Shown: positions 17,122 through 25,719, numbered from the stretch's first letter. The stretch: 26,380 nt of DNA from a virus (IMGVR_UViG_3300021963_000032); one strand, 5' to 3'. The notes: a model not told the origin generated them from the letters alone. Program-made: numbers and translations.

Positions 17122-17150
17122 TTGCCAAAAGAGAAAAAAAGTAGTATAGT
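17122..17150 (+). promoter_or_regulatory. Host-sigma-type promoter of SSB operon
   Basis: TTGCCA-N17-TATAGT with AG before the hexamer. Confidence 0.65.
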
Positions 17151-17152
17151 TA

Positions 17153-17222
17153 AGTAAGGCCAGTAAGAAGAGGAAAGGTTCCTCAGTAAGGTCAGTAATA
17201 AACAAATAAATAAATAAACAGT
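17153..17222 (+). promoter_or_regulatory. Structured 5' leader of SSB gene (direct repeats, hairpin, A-rich tract)
   Basis: AGTAAGGCCAGTAA / hairpin GAGGAA-AGG-TTCCTC / AGTAAGGTCAGTAA / TAAACAAATAAATAAATAAACAGT-ATG. Confidence 0.5.
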
Positions 17223-17999
17223 ATGGCAATCAATTTAGATGCGATCAAAGCGAAGTTGCAACAAATGCAACAATCAACGGGAGGTGGAACCAAGTCAAGC
17301 GACTTCATGTGGAAACCACCAGTAGGAAAATCTCAAGTACGTATCGTACCCTACGCATTCGACAAAAACAATCCTTTCTTGGAATTGTACTTTCATTACG
17401 AAATTGGAAAACGTACAATGGTATCTCCGATCTCTTTTGGACGTCCTGATCCAGTAGTAGAGTTTGCAGAGAAATTAAAAAAATCTGGAGACAAAGATGA
17501 CTGGAAATTAGGAAAGAAAATTGAACCTAAGTTCCGTGTATACGCTCCAGTAATCGTTCGTGGTGCTGAGCACGAAGGTGTTAAGTTTTGGTCTTTTGGG
17601 AAACAAATTTACACAGAGTTGTTATCTGTAATTGCAGATCCGGATTACGGAGACATTACAGATTTGATGAATGGTCGTGACGTAACTGTAGAGCACATCG
17701 CTGCAGAGAAAGAAGGAGCATTCCCATCATTCACAGTTCGTGTTAAGCCTAACACAACTCCAGCTACAACTGAGAAAGATGTTGCTGAGATGATTGTATC
17801 AAATCAAAAAGAGATCACTGAGTTGTTCACAGAACCAACTTATGACGAGATGACAGAAGTTCTAGCTAAATGGTTAGATCCATCAACAGATTCAGACGCT
17901 CAAGGTACAAAGCCTGCAAGCAAACCAATCTCTGGTGCGACTACTGCTACTAGCACGGACGACATTTCATCAGCATTCGATTCATTATTTAATTCATAG
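17223..17999 (+). CDS. ssb: Single-stranded DNA-binding protein (T4 gp32-like)
   Basis: WKPPVG..VRIVP, YFHY, GVKFWSFGKQIY, DYGDITD..GRD, acidic-hydrophobic tail DDISSAFDSLFNS; directly before RecA. Confidence 0.8.
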   Translation: MAINLDAIKAKLQQMQQSTGGGTKSSDFMWKPPVGKSQVRIVPYAFDKNNPFLELYFHYEIGKRTMVSPISFGRPDPVVEFAEKLKKSGDKDDWKLGKKIEPKFRVYAPVIVRGAEHEGVKFWSFGKQIYTELLSVIADPDYGDITDLMNGRDVTVEHIAAEKEGAFPSFTVRVKPNTTPATTEKDVAEMIVSNQKEITELFTEPTYDEMTEVLAKWLDPSTDSDAQGTKPASKPISGATTATSTDDISSAFDSLFNS

Positions 18000-18004
18000 A
18001 AAGT

Positions 18005-19150
18005 ATGGCAAAGTCTACGAAGACACCCGATGAAATATCGGGAAGGGACGAATTGGCTTCTGTATTAGCAGATAGTCTAAATAAAAAGTTTAAAGACTTC
18101 AAGGCTGCGCACTTCTTGACCGGAGAGGAAGATACTCCAACAGATTTAACAGAGTGGGTCGGTACCGGCTCCTCTCTGTTAGACTTGGCAATCTCTAACA
18201 GACCTAACGGTGGATTTCCAGTTGGTAGGATTGTAGAGTTGCAGGGAATGGAGGCATCAGGAAAGAGTTTGATTGTAGCTCACACATTAGCAAATACTCA
18301 GAAGAAAGGTGGACTTGCAGTCTACATCGATACTGAGAACGCACTAAGTGAGGAGTTCTTGACGGCTGTAGGAGTTGATGTGGCAAACATGCTATATGTT
18401 CCTTTGGAAACTATTGAGGATGCATTCGATGCTGTGGAGAGTATTATCGAAACAGTTCGTAAGAGTTCAAAAGATAGACTAGTTACAATTGCATTAGATT
18501 CGGTATCGGCAGCTACTACAAAGGTAGAACAAGATGCTGACTATGAGAAAGATGGTTGGGCAACTACAAAAGCTATCTTGATGTCAAAAGCGATGCGTAA
18601 GATTACAAACATTATTGCAAAACAAAGAGTACTTCTTTTATGTACATCTCAGTTGCGTGAAAAGATGGGAGTAATGTTCGGAGACAAGTATACAACATCA
18701 GGAGGTAAAGCTTTAGGTTTCCATGCAAGCTGTCGAATTAGATTAAAGGGAGTTGGTAAATTGAAAAGCGGATCAGGTAAGACTGAACAGATTATTGGAG
18801 TTCAAACAGAAGCTCAGGTAATCAAGAATCGTATGGGTCCTCCATTCAAGAAAGCAACTTTTGATATCTACTTTAACTCAGGAATCGACGACTACAATAG
18901 CTGGTTGACAATGATGAAGGATTACGGAATCATCAAAGCTTCAGGTGCTTGGTATACATTAGTAAACGAAGAGACTGGAGAAGAGGTTAAGTTCCAATCA
19001 AAGGAGTGGAGAGGAATGTTAGATTCAGATCCAGAGTTAAAACAATATTGTTACAACAAAGTCTGCAACATCTACGTTATGAAATATAAAGATCAAAACA
19101 GTATTGATCCCGATGATGTTTCAGTAGATGAAGGAGAACTAGAAGATTAA
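18005..19150 (+). CDS. recA: RecA/UvsX-like recombinase
   Basis: GGFPVGRIVELQGMEASGKS (Walker A), YIDTENA, LDSV, SQLREKMGVMFGD..TTSGGKALGFHASCRIRL, KNR, GAWY. Confidence 0.95.
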   Translation: MAKSTKTPDEISGRDELASVLADSLNKKFKDFKAAHFLTGEEDTPTDLTEWVGTGSSLLDLAISNRPNGGFPVGRIVELQGMEASGKSLIVAHTLANTQKKGGLAVYIDTENALSEEFLTAVGVDVANMLYVPLETIEDAFDAVESIIETVRKSSKDRLVTIALDSVSAATTKVEQDADYEKDGWATTKAILMSKAMRKITNIIAKQRVLLLCTSQLREKMGVMFGDKYTTSGGKALGFHASCRIRLKGVGKLKSGSGKTEQIIGVQTEAQVIKNRMGPPFKKATFDIYFNSGIDDYNSWLTMMKDYGIIKASGAWYTLVNEETGEEVKFQSKEWRGMLDSDPELKQYCYNKVCNIYVMKYKDQNSIDPDDVSVDEGELED

Positions 19151-19154
19151 AGTT

Positions 19155-20207
19155 ATGAATAAAAAGTATCTAGCATACTTTAATGAAGTCAAACTTAAAG
19201 GTGAAGAGGCAGTCAACAGCGATACAAAGAATTCTCGCGTATTAGTTGTTGACGGTCTCAACACATTCATTAGAGCATATGCAGCAAGTCCAACAACAAA
19301 CGTCAATGGTGAACACGTAGGAGGTTTATCGGGATTTCTACTAAGCGTAGGTCATGCTATTAAAGCAATCAATCCAACACGAGTAGTCGTTGTGTTTGAT
19401 GGTAAGGATGGTTCTGCAAAGCGTAAGGCGTTATATCCAGACTACAAAGCGAATCGAAAGTTTAAGATAAGATTGAACAGAGCCGAGACCGTAGACAAAG
19501 AGGATAACCAATTGCAACAACTAATGAGGTTGATAGAGTATTTGGAGATACTACCAATAACAGTCATCGTTTCAGATGGAGTTGAAGCAGATGACGTTAT
19601 AGCTTATATTGGGGAAGACTACTTGAAAGAAAGAGAATCTCAAGTATTTATAATGTCCTCAGACAAGGATTTTTTACAACTTGTCGATGAGCGTATTCAT
19701 ATCTGGAGTCCAACTAAAAAGCAGCTTTATTACACAGACGACGTGTATCAGCAGTATGGAATCATACCAAAGAACTTTGCACTATTCCGTGCATTGATTG
19801 GAGACGATAGTGATAACATTCCAGGAGTACCAGGATTAGGAGCTAAGACAATAGTCAGCAAGTTTCCGAAAATGAATGGAACAGATGTACTTACAGTTGA
19901 TGAGTTCGTTGAGTATGCAAAGGAATTGCAAGCAGCGAATCCAAAGTCAAAGTTATACACTCGTGTGGTTGAAGCAGAGGCAGACATTAGATTGTTTCAC
20001 CAAATCATGCAACTTTCAGAAAGTGGCATTCCAGGACACACAAAGTTAAGAATCATTGACAACTTACAGACAAAGGTAGATAAGTTGGCTAAACTCAAAT
20101 TCCATACAATGTTAATCGAAGATGGAATGACAAATGCAATCCGCAACGTAGAGATCTGGTTAAAAGAAATAACTCAAAAATTAGATCAATTTACCTTGCA
20201 AGATTAA
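19155..20207 (+). CDS. Stand-alone 5'-3' exonuclease / flap endonuclease (Pol I N-terminal domain, T4 RNase H-like)
   Basis: VVDGLNTFIR, VVVFDG, YPDYKANR, VEADDVIA, SSDKDFLQL, GDDSDNIPGVPGLGAKT. Confidence 0.93.
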   Translation: MNKKYLAYFNEVKLKGEEAVNSDTKNSRVLVVDGLNTFIRAYAASPTTNVNGEHVGGLSGFLLSVGHAIKAINPTRVVVVFDGKDGSAKRKALYPDYKANRKFKIRLNRAETVDKEDNQLQQLMRLIEYLEILPITVIVSDGVEADDVIAYIGEDYLKERESQVFIMSSDKDFLQLVDERIHIWSPTKKQLYYTDDVYQQYGIIPKNFALFRALIGDDSDNIPGVPGLGAKTIVSKFPKMNGTDVLTVDEFVEYAKELQAANPKSKLYTRVVEAEADIRLFHQIMQLSESGIPGHTKLRIIDNLQTKVDKLAKLKFHTMLIEDGMTNAIRNVEIWLKEITQKLDQFTLQD

Positions 20208-20224
20208 AATAAAAAGAGTAAGTT
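20196..20224 (+). promoter_or_regulatory. Host-sigma-type promoter, leaderless
   Basis: TTGCAA-N17-TAAGTT with AG before the hexamer; ATG 20231 at +1. Confidence 0.5.
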
Positions 20225-20230
20225 ACATAC

Positions 20231-21601
20231 ATGCAAGAACAAGATACATTACAGTTTTATGGTACTGGGTTTCAGAATAAGGTACTTGCTGTCCTAATTA
20301 AGGACAGAACCTTTCTGCAACAGATTCATGATATAATCGATCCCAAGTACTTCTCTTCTGAGTCAGCTCAGTGGATAGCTAGTACTGTTTTGAAATACTT
20401 CACACAATATAAAACCCCACCAACCTTAGAAGCACTTAAAGTGTATCTTGATGAGGTGGATGTAGATTTGTTAAAAACCACGGTAGTAGAAAACCTTAAA
20501 GAGGTTATACGTTACGCAGATTCAACAGACTTAGATTTCACAAAAGATAGAACATTAGAGTTCTGTAAAAACCAAAAGATCAAAGCAGCAATCCTCGAAT
20601 CGGTACAACTATTACAAGTTGGGAAGTATGATGACATTAAAGTAGCTATCGATGAAGCTATGAAGGCTGGTACAGATAGAAATGTCGGACATGAGTACCT
20701 AGAAGATATAGCAGCTCGCTTCGTAGAAAATAAACGAAACACAATTCCAACACCATGGGACGTTATCAATGAGATAATGGATGGTGGTCTAGGAAGTGGA
20801 GAGATGGGAGTCTTTGTAGCACCAGCTGGTATTGGTAAGTCAATGGCATTGGTGAACATAGCAGCAGGTGCAGTGAAGGCAGGATTAAATGTAGTGTACT
20901 ACAGTTTGGAGCTTTCTGAGACTTATGTAGGAGCTCGATTCGACTCACACTACACCGGCATACCAAATCAGGATTTGAAATTTCATCAAGAAGAGGTTAT
21001 TGAAAAGTTAGAGAAACTTAAAGGTCGATTGATTATAAAGTACTATCCAACTAAGACGGCCACTGTAACGATGCTCGCTGCTCACTTAGATAAGTGTGCA
21101 ATGCAGGGCTTCAAACCTGATCTGGTTATTGTCGATTACGCCGATCTATTAAGAGATACAAGCTCAAAGGGTTCAGTTAGAAACGACATCATGCTAGGAA
21201 ACATTTACGAGGATTTGAGAGGTATGGCTGGAACTTACCAAATTCCAGTGTATACTGCATCTCAAGCAAACCGTTCAGCTTTGGAAGAGGATATCATTGA
21301 AGCAGATAAGATTGCAGAATCTTATTCAAAGGTGATGGTTGCTGACTTTGTTGTATCACTATCTCGTAAGGTAGCTGACAAGATAAGTGGAACTGGAAGG
21401 TGGCACATTATCAAGAACCGTTTCGGACCGGATGGATTAACATTCCCAAGTAAGATGAATATGGCTGTATCAAAAATAGACATCTACGCTGAGAATACAA
21501 TCCTAGGGAAGGAAGCAAAAGGGTTAATGCAGAACGACTCGGAAGTAGTCAGAAAAGCTTTAGCAAATAAATTTTCAGAATTAAACAGTTTTTCAAAGTA
21601 A
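20231..21601 (+). CDS. dnaB: Replicative DNA helicase (DnaB / T4 gp41-like)
   Basis: Walker A APAGIGKS, YSLELSE, VIVDYADLL, TASQANR, IAESYSK, KNRFGPDG. Confidence 0.93.
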   Translation: MQEQDTLQFYGTGFQNKVLAVLIKDRTFLQQIHDIIDPKYFSSESAQWIASTVLKYFTQYKTPPTLEALKVYLDEVDVDLLKTTVVENLKEVIRYADSTDLDFTKDRTLEFCKNQKIKAAILESVQLLQVGKYDDIKVAIDEAMKAGTDRNVGHEYLEDIAARFVENKRNTIPTPWDVINEIMDGGLGSGEMGVFVAPAGIGKSMALVNIAAGAVKAGLNVVYYSLELSETYVGARFDSHYTGIPNQDLKFHQEEVIEKLEKLKGRLIIKYYPTKTATVTMLAAHLDKCAMQGFKPDLVIVDYADLLRDTSSKGSVRNDIMLGNIYEDLRGMAGTYQIPVYTASQANRSALEEDIIEADKIAESYSKVMVADFVVSLSRKVADKISGTGRWHIIKNRFGPDGLTFPSKMNMAVSKIDIYAENTILGKEAKGLMQNDSEVVRKALANKFSELNSFSK

Positions 21602-21617
21602 AGTCAACAATGGAAAC

Positions 21618-21625
21618 TATTTATA
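21618..21625 (+). promoter_or_regulatory. TATTTATA motif before RNR
   Basis: 39 nt before ATG 21665. Confidence 0.55.
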
Positions 21626-21664
21626 TCTACACCCCCAATTATAAATTTTAAAAATTAATCTACA

Positions 21665-23521
21665 ATGACACTTTCGAATGAAATCCTAAGCGATATCACT
21701 GTCTTCATGAAGTACGCTAAGTACCTTCCAGAATTGCAAAGACGTGAAACTTGGCAAGAACTAGTAACACGTAACAAAGAAATGCACATCAAGAAGTACC
21801 CAGCACTTGCTGAAGAAATTGAAAAAGCTTACGAGTATGTCTACAACAAAAAGGTATTACCTTCTATGCGATCTATGCAGTTCGCAGGTAAACCAATCGA
21901 GATCTCACCTAACCGAATCTACAACTGTGCCTACTTACCAATCGACGATGTACGTGCATTTGGTGAAGCAATGTTCTTACTTTTAGGAGGAACTGGAGTT
22001 GGGTACTCAGTACAACAACACCACGTAGATAGTCTACCTGAGATCAGAAAACCAAACCTAAACAGAAAGCGTCGCTACTTAATTGCTGACTCTATTGAAG
22101 GATGGGCAGATGCAGTAAAGGTTCAAATTAAATCCTACTTCACTGGTGGATCTTCTTACAACTTTGATTTCTCTGACATTCGTGCAAAGGGTGCAAGATT
22201 GGTTACGTCGGGAGGAAAAGCTCCAGGACCTCAACCGTTGAAAGAGTGTTTGATGAAACTTCAAGGTATCTTAGATGCAAAAGAGGATGGAGATAAACTA
22301 TCTTCAATTGAAGTACACGATATGGTATGTCACATTGCTGATGCAGTATTGGCAGGTGGTATTCGTAGAGCAGCTCTTATCAGCTTATTCAGTGCTGACG
22401 ATAATGAGATGATTTCTTGTAAGTCAGGAAACTGGTGGGAAAACAATCCACAAAGAGGTCGCGCTAATAACTCAGCTGTATTGATGAGACACAAGTTAAC
22501 ACAAGAGTTCTTCTTTGATATTTGGAAGCGTGTTGAATTATCAGGAGCAGGAGAGCCAGGAATCTATCTTACAAATGACAAAGATTGGGGAACGAATCCA
22601 TGTTGCGAGATTGCATTACGTCCATTCCAATTCTGTAACCTATGTGAGGTAAATGTATCGGATATTGAGTCTCAAGAGGATTTTGAAAACCGAGTACGAG
22701 TAGCTTCTTTAATTGGAACACTACAAGCAGGATACACAAACTTCCACTACTTGCGTGACGTTTGGAAACGTACAACAGAGAAGGATGCATTGATTGGAAT
22801 CTCAATGACTGGTATCGGATCAGGTACAGTATTGGGATATGATATGAAAGCAGCAGCGAAGCTTGTTAAGACAGAAAACGAACGTGTAGCAAAATTATTG
22901 GGTATCAATAAGTCAGCTCGTACAACAACCGTTAAGCCAGCTGGAACAACATCACTTACATTAGGTACTTCGTCAGGAATCCATGCATGGCATAACGATT
23001 TCTATGTTCGTCGAATCCGAGTAGGAAAGAACGAAGCAATCTACACATACCTAGCAATCAATCACCCAGAGCTTGTAGAGGATGAATACTTCCGTCCACA
23101 CGATACAGCGGTAATCTCTATTCCACAAAAAGCTCCAGAAGGTGCAATTCTAAGAACAGAGTCTCCATTCCAATTACTAGATCGAATCAAAAAAGTACAC
23201 ATGGAGTGGGTTAAACCAGGACACAGAACGGGTAACAACGCGCACAACGTATCTGCAACAGTTTCGTTGAGAGATGAAGAGTGGGACATGGCTGGTCAAT
23301 GGATGTGGGAAAACAGAGAGCATTACAATGGACTTTCGGTACTACCTTACAATGGAGGTACATACACGCAAGCACCTTTCGAGGATATCACAGAAGAGCA
23401 GTACAACGAGATGATGACTTCTCTGAAGGGTATTGACTTGAGTCGAGTTGTAGAGTTAGATGATTCAACAGACCTCAAAGGAGAGGCAGCTTGTGCAGGT
23501 GGCGCATGTGAAATTGTATAA
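21665..23521 (+). CDS. nrdJ: Class II (adenosylcobalamin-dependent) ribonucleotide reductase
   Basis: RRETW, LPSMR, YNCAY, GTGVGYS, GGIRRAALI, TNPCCEI, FCNL, VKPAGTTS, C-terminal CAGGACE; no beta subunit gene adjacent. Confidence 0.9.
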   Translation: MTLSNEILSDITVFMKYAKYLPELQRRETWQELVTRNKEMHIKKYPALAEEIEKAYEYVYNKKVLPSMRSMQFAGKPIEISPNRIYNCAYLPIDDVRAFGEAMFLLLGGTGVGYSVQQHHVDSLPEIRKPNLNRKRRYLIADSIEGWADAVKVQIKSYFTGGSSYNFDFSDIRAKGARLVTSGGKAPGPQPLKECLMKLQGILDAKEDGDKLSSIEVHDMVCHIADAVLAGGIRRAALISLFSADDNEMISCKSGNWWENNPQRGRANNSAVLMRHKLTQEFFFDIWKRVELSGAGEPGIYLTNDKDWGTNPCCEIALRPFQFCNLCEVNVSDIESQEDFENRVRVASLIGTLQAGYTNFHYLRDVWKRTTEKDALIGISMTGIGSGTVLGYDMKAAAKLVKTENERVAKLLGINKSARTTTVKPAGTTSLTLGTSSGIHAWHNDFYVRRIRVGKNEAIYTYLAINHPELVEDEYFRPHDTAVISIPQKAPEGAILRTESPFQLLDRIKKVHMEWVKPGHRTGNNAHNVSATVSLRDEEWDMAGQWMWENREHYNGLSVLPYNGGTYTQAPFEDITEEQYNEMMTSLKGIDLSRVVELDDSTDLKGEAACAGGACEIV

Positions 23522-23523
23522 CA

Positions 23524-23730
23524 ATGCCAGTAATTCCCCCATCACACGATTGGATATTTCAACAGTACGTGAAGGAGCTTAAAAAACCTAAGCTCCTTCC
23601 TACTGACTTTTACTATAACAATAACGGACAGATAGTACTAACAGAGGAATACCACAAGAGAAGAGGATATTGCTGTGGCAATGGATGTAAGCACTGTCCT
23701 TATACAACACCAGATAAAACCAAAGGTTAA
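23524..23730 (+). CDS. Small Cys-rich protein, DUF5522-like
   Basis: VLTEEYHKRRGYCCGNGCKHCPY. Confidence 0.75.
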   Translation: MPVIPPSHDWIFQQYVKELKKPKLLPTDFYYNNNGQIVLTEEYHKRRGYCCGNGCKHCPYTTPDKTKG

Positions 23731-23742
23731 CCGTTTGGTGGC

Positions 23743-23750
23743 TATTTATA
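23743..23750 (+). promoter_or_regulatory. TATTTATA motif, putative late promoter
   Basis: 13 nt before ATG 23764; preceded by hairpin ACCAAAGG-TTAA-CCgTTTGGT (23719-23739). Confidence 0.6.
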
Positions 23751-23763
23751 AGAAACAAATTTG

Positions 23764-25035
23764 ATGAATAAAATAAACTGGGACGATATTATAGCCGAGT
23801 GGTCTTATAGACTACCAAAAGGCTTTCCTACTATGAAGAATGGTAAGTTCACTGTTAAGAGTGAATTAAAAGTACTACAAGAGGTTCTAGCTGAGAATGG
23901 TATCAATGAGATGCCAGACTTTACAAAGAAAGCTCCTACTCAGATCAAAGAGGAAGAGCGTACCGACACTACCTTTAGTAAGGATGAGTTGATTAATATA
24001 ATCAAAACCACTCAGCTTTCGGAAAAAGACTTGATCCGCATTACAAGAATTGTAGATTCTGTTTCCTCAGAAGAGGGGATAATCGAACTACTGTCGACAC
24101 AAAAGAATTTTGATAAGACAAGTAGCTTGCAAGTATTTCGTATGGCTACTGAATCAGGAGATTACAAGCAGCTAAAGGCGTTGTTAGAAGACCCGTCAAA
24201 GCAGATGGATGTAGATGCCTTACCGCAAACTGGAAACATTATCAATGCTGCAAAGGACGCAGGAATGTCGGATGCTTTTGCAAAGGACATGGCAAATATG
24301 GTTCCATATACATCCGTTAAGATGGGCCGATATGAAATGTTCTTGAGGTTGTTTCTTAGAGGTGGTCAGTCCCCAACTACAAAAGGTGACGTTGAGGTTA
24401 ACGGAAAGGAGATGGAAGTGAAATCTACCATATCCAGAGGTTCTGGTTTCCGACTAAGAGGTAACTCAGGTTATGGTAATGGTAAGCAGGTTCAGACTAG
24501 CTTTATGAAACAGCTTGTGAGTATCTATGGGGTTGGTGGTCCAAATCATGGGGGATCTCAAAATGTACCACAGCACATACTTGCAGCGCATAAAGAGCAA
24601 AACGGACAAATGTGGTATGGTACTAAAGACAGTTGGGCTGTATTAGCTAATCGCGATTTGATCGAAACTGGAATGAAAACCAAAGAAGAGCTTATAGAAA
24701 TGTGGGGAGCAGCTTTAGCAGAGTTATACCCTAATAGCACAGCTGATTCAATTGGCGCGTTTATAGGTCCAGCTTTTGCCGAGAATGGAAGTATAGATAT
24801 GCGAGAAGTGGCGTCAAGGTTGGCGGCTTATGAGTTTACAATCTATAGAATGAAAGAAGGTTTTGATTACTTCATTGCACTCAATTACCAAGATAACTAT
24901 GGATTCATCACTCCGGACACATCTGACGAGGCTTTGGTTAAAATGTTCACTACCATTTTTAGGGTAGTATCACTTCCTAATACTAAAAACAACTCAACAC
25001 CACAAGATTCGATGTGTGCTATTGAACTAGCATAA
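23764..25035 (+). CDS. Hypothetical protein with PD-(D/E)xK nuclease-like motif
   Basis: GRYEMFL...KGDVEVNGKEMEVKS = E..D-x8-ExK; separate N-terminal IIAEWSYRLPKGFP domain. Confidence 0.55.
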   Translation: MNKINWDDIIAEWSYRLPKGFPTMKNGKFTVKSELKVLQEVLAENGINEMPDFTKKAPTQIKEEERTDTTFSKDELINIIKTTQLSEKDLIRITRIVDSVSSEEGIIELLSTQKNFDKTSSLQVFRMATESGDYKQLKALLEDPSKQMDVDALPQTGNIINAAKDAGMSDAFAKDMANMVPYTSVKMGRYEMFLRLFLRGGQSPTTKGDVEVNGKEMEVKSTISRGSGFRLRGNSGYGNGKQVQTSFMKQLVSIYGVGGPNHGGSQNVPQHILAAHKEQNGQMWYGTKDSWAVLANRDLIETGMKTKEELIEMWGAALAELYPNSTADSIGAFIGPAFAENGSIDMREVASRLAAYEFTIYRMKEGFDYFIALNYQDNYGFITPDTSDEALVKMFTTIFRVVSLPNTKNNSTPQDSMCAIELA

Positions 25036-25051
25036 AATGAAAATAAATTAC

Positions 25052-25079
25052 AAAAGGCTTGCATACGTGAGCCTTTTTT
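25052..25079 (+). terminator. Rho-independent terminator overlapping a promoter
   Basis: AAAAGGCTTGC-atac-GTGAGCCTTTT then TT. Confidence 0.75.
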
Positions 25080-25087
25080 AGTATATT
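25059..25087 (+). promoter_or_regulatory. Host-sigma-type promoter, leaderless
   Basis: TTGCAT-N17-TATATT(TAG) with AG before the hexamer; ATG 25094 at +1. Confidence 0.6.
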
Positions 25088-25093
25088 TAGGTT

Positions 25094-25285
25094 ATGTCAT
25101 TTAACAAAGAGATAATCAGTTACAACGATCACCTCTACGAGGTAGTTCGCAAATTTAAAGATCATCCAGACTTTCCAACTACAGAAGCCAAAGATTACTA
25201 CCTTTGTGAAACCGTATTAAGGAAGGAAGGAATTTTGTATATTTGTAGAATAATAGAAGAAGCACAAGTTATAGAGAATGAGTAA
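25094..25285 (+). CDS. Hypothetical protein (63 aa)
   Basis: ORF at promoter +1; overlaps next start (ATGAGTAA). Confidence 0.6.
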   Translation: MSFNKEIISYNDHLYEVVRKFKDHPDFPTTEAKDYYLCETVLRKEGILYICRIIEEAQVIENE

Positions 25286-25718
25286 ATTCAATTGGTGGAG
25301 GGAGTCCAGATTAAAACCCAAACTTAAAAGATCGGAAGCATTAAAAGGCAGACCGTTTCTATTACAACAGATCGAGCATGGTGACTACGATCTAGCTCCT
25401 TACCTTGCAGATGCACGTAAGGTGATGAAAAGATGTGAGCAAGAAATAATCAAGACAAAGGAAGCTTGGATTGCAGGTCCGGATTCTCTAAAAGAGAAGA
25501 TAGACGAGATTGAACGCAAGCACATTAAGCGCTACAACAAGTTGATGGAAGATTTCTATATCACAGAGTTAAGAACTTTGACTGATCTGAAGTTACGTCT
25601 TTGTGTAGAGTTTGGAGTTGATGTGTGGGATAGTGCACTTAAAAGTTGCAAAGGTGACTTAAAAGACCTATATTTCACTTATCAGGATAAAGCAGAGGAA
25701 TTAATCAAAAGTAATTAA
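25278..25718 (+). CDS. Hypothetical protein (146 aa)
   Basis: FNWWR...LLQQIEHGDY; translationally coupled to neighbours. Confidence 0.6.
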   Translation: MSKFNWWRESRLKPKLKRSEALKGRPFLLQQIEHGDYDLAPYLADARKVMKRCEQEIIKTKEAWIAGPDSLKEKIDEIERKHIKRYNKLMEDFYITELRTLTDLKLRLCVEFGVDVWDSALKSCKGDLKDLYFTYQDKAEELIKSN

Positions 25719-25719
25719 A

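Noticed and set aside
19645-19652. Intragenic TATTTATA in the exonuclease gene
   Set aside because: No downstream start in context; a chance copy is plausible in AT-rich DNA
21602-21664. Possible NrdR box or cobalamin riboswitch upstream of nrdJ
   Set aside because: Poor match to the NrdR palindrome; a 63-nt AT-rich gap is too short for a B12 riboswitch
23719-23739. Hairpin over the DUF5522-like stop codon as a terminator
   Set aside because: Bulged stem with no proper U-tract, so it is not called as a terminator
106-24740. Minus-strand and nested alternative-frame ORFs in the track (e.g. 329-544, 8481-8843, 9114-9407, 13955-14323, 20512-20859, 3024-3218)
   Set aside because: All lie inside or across well-supported plus-strand genes, show no recognisable motifs and look like antisense shadows of biased codon usage
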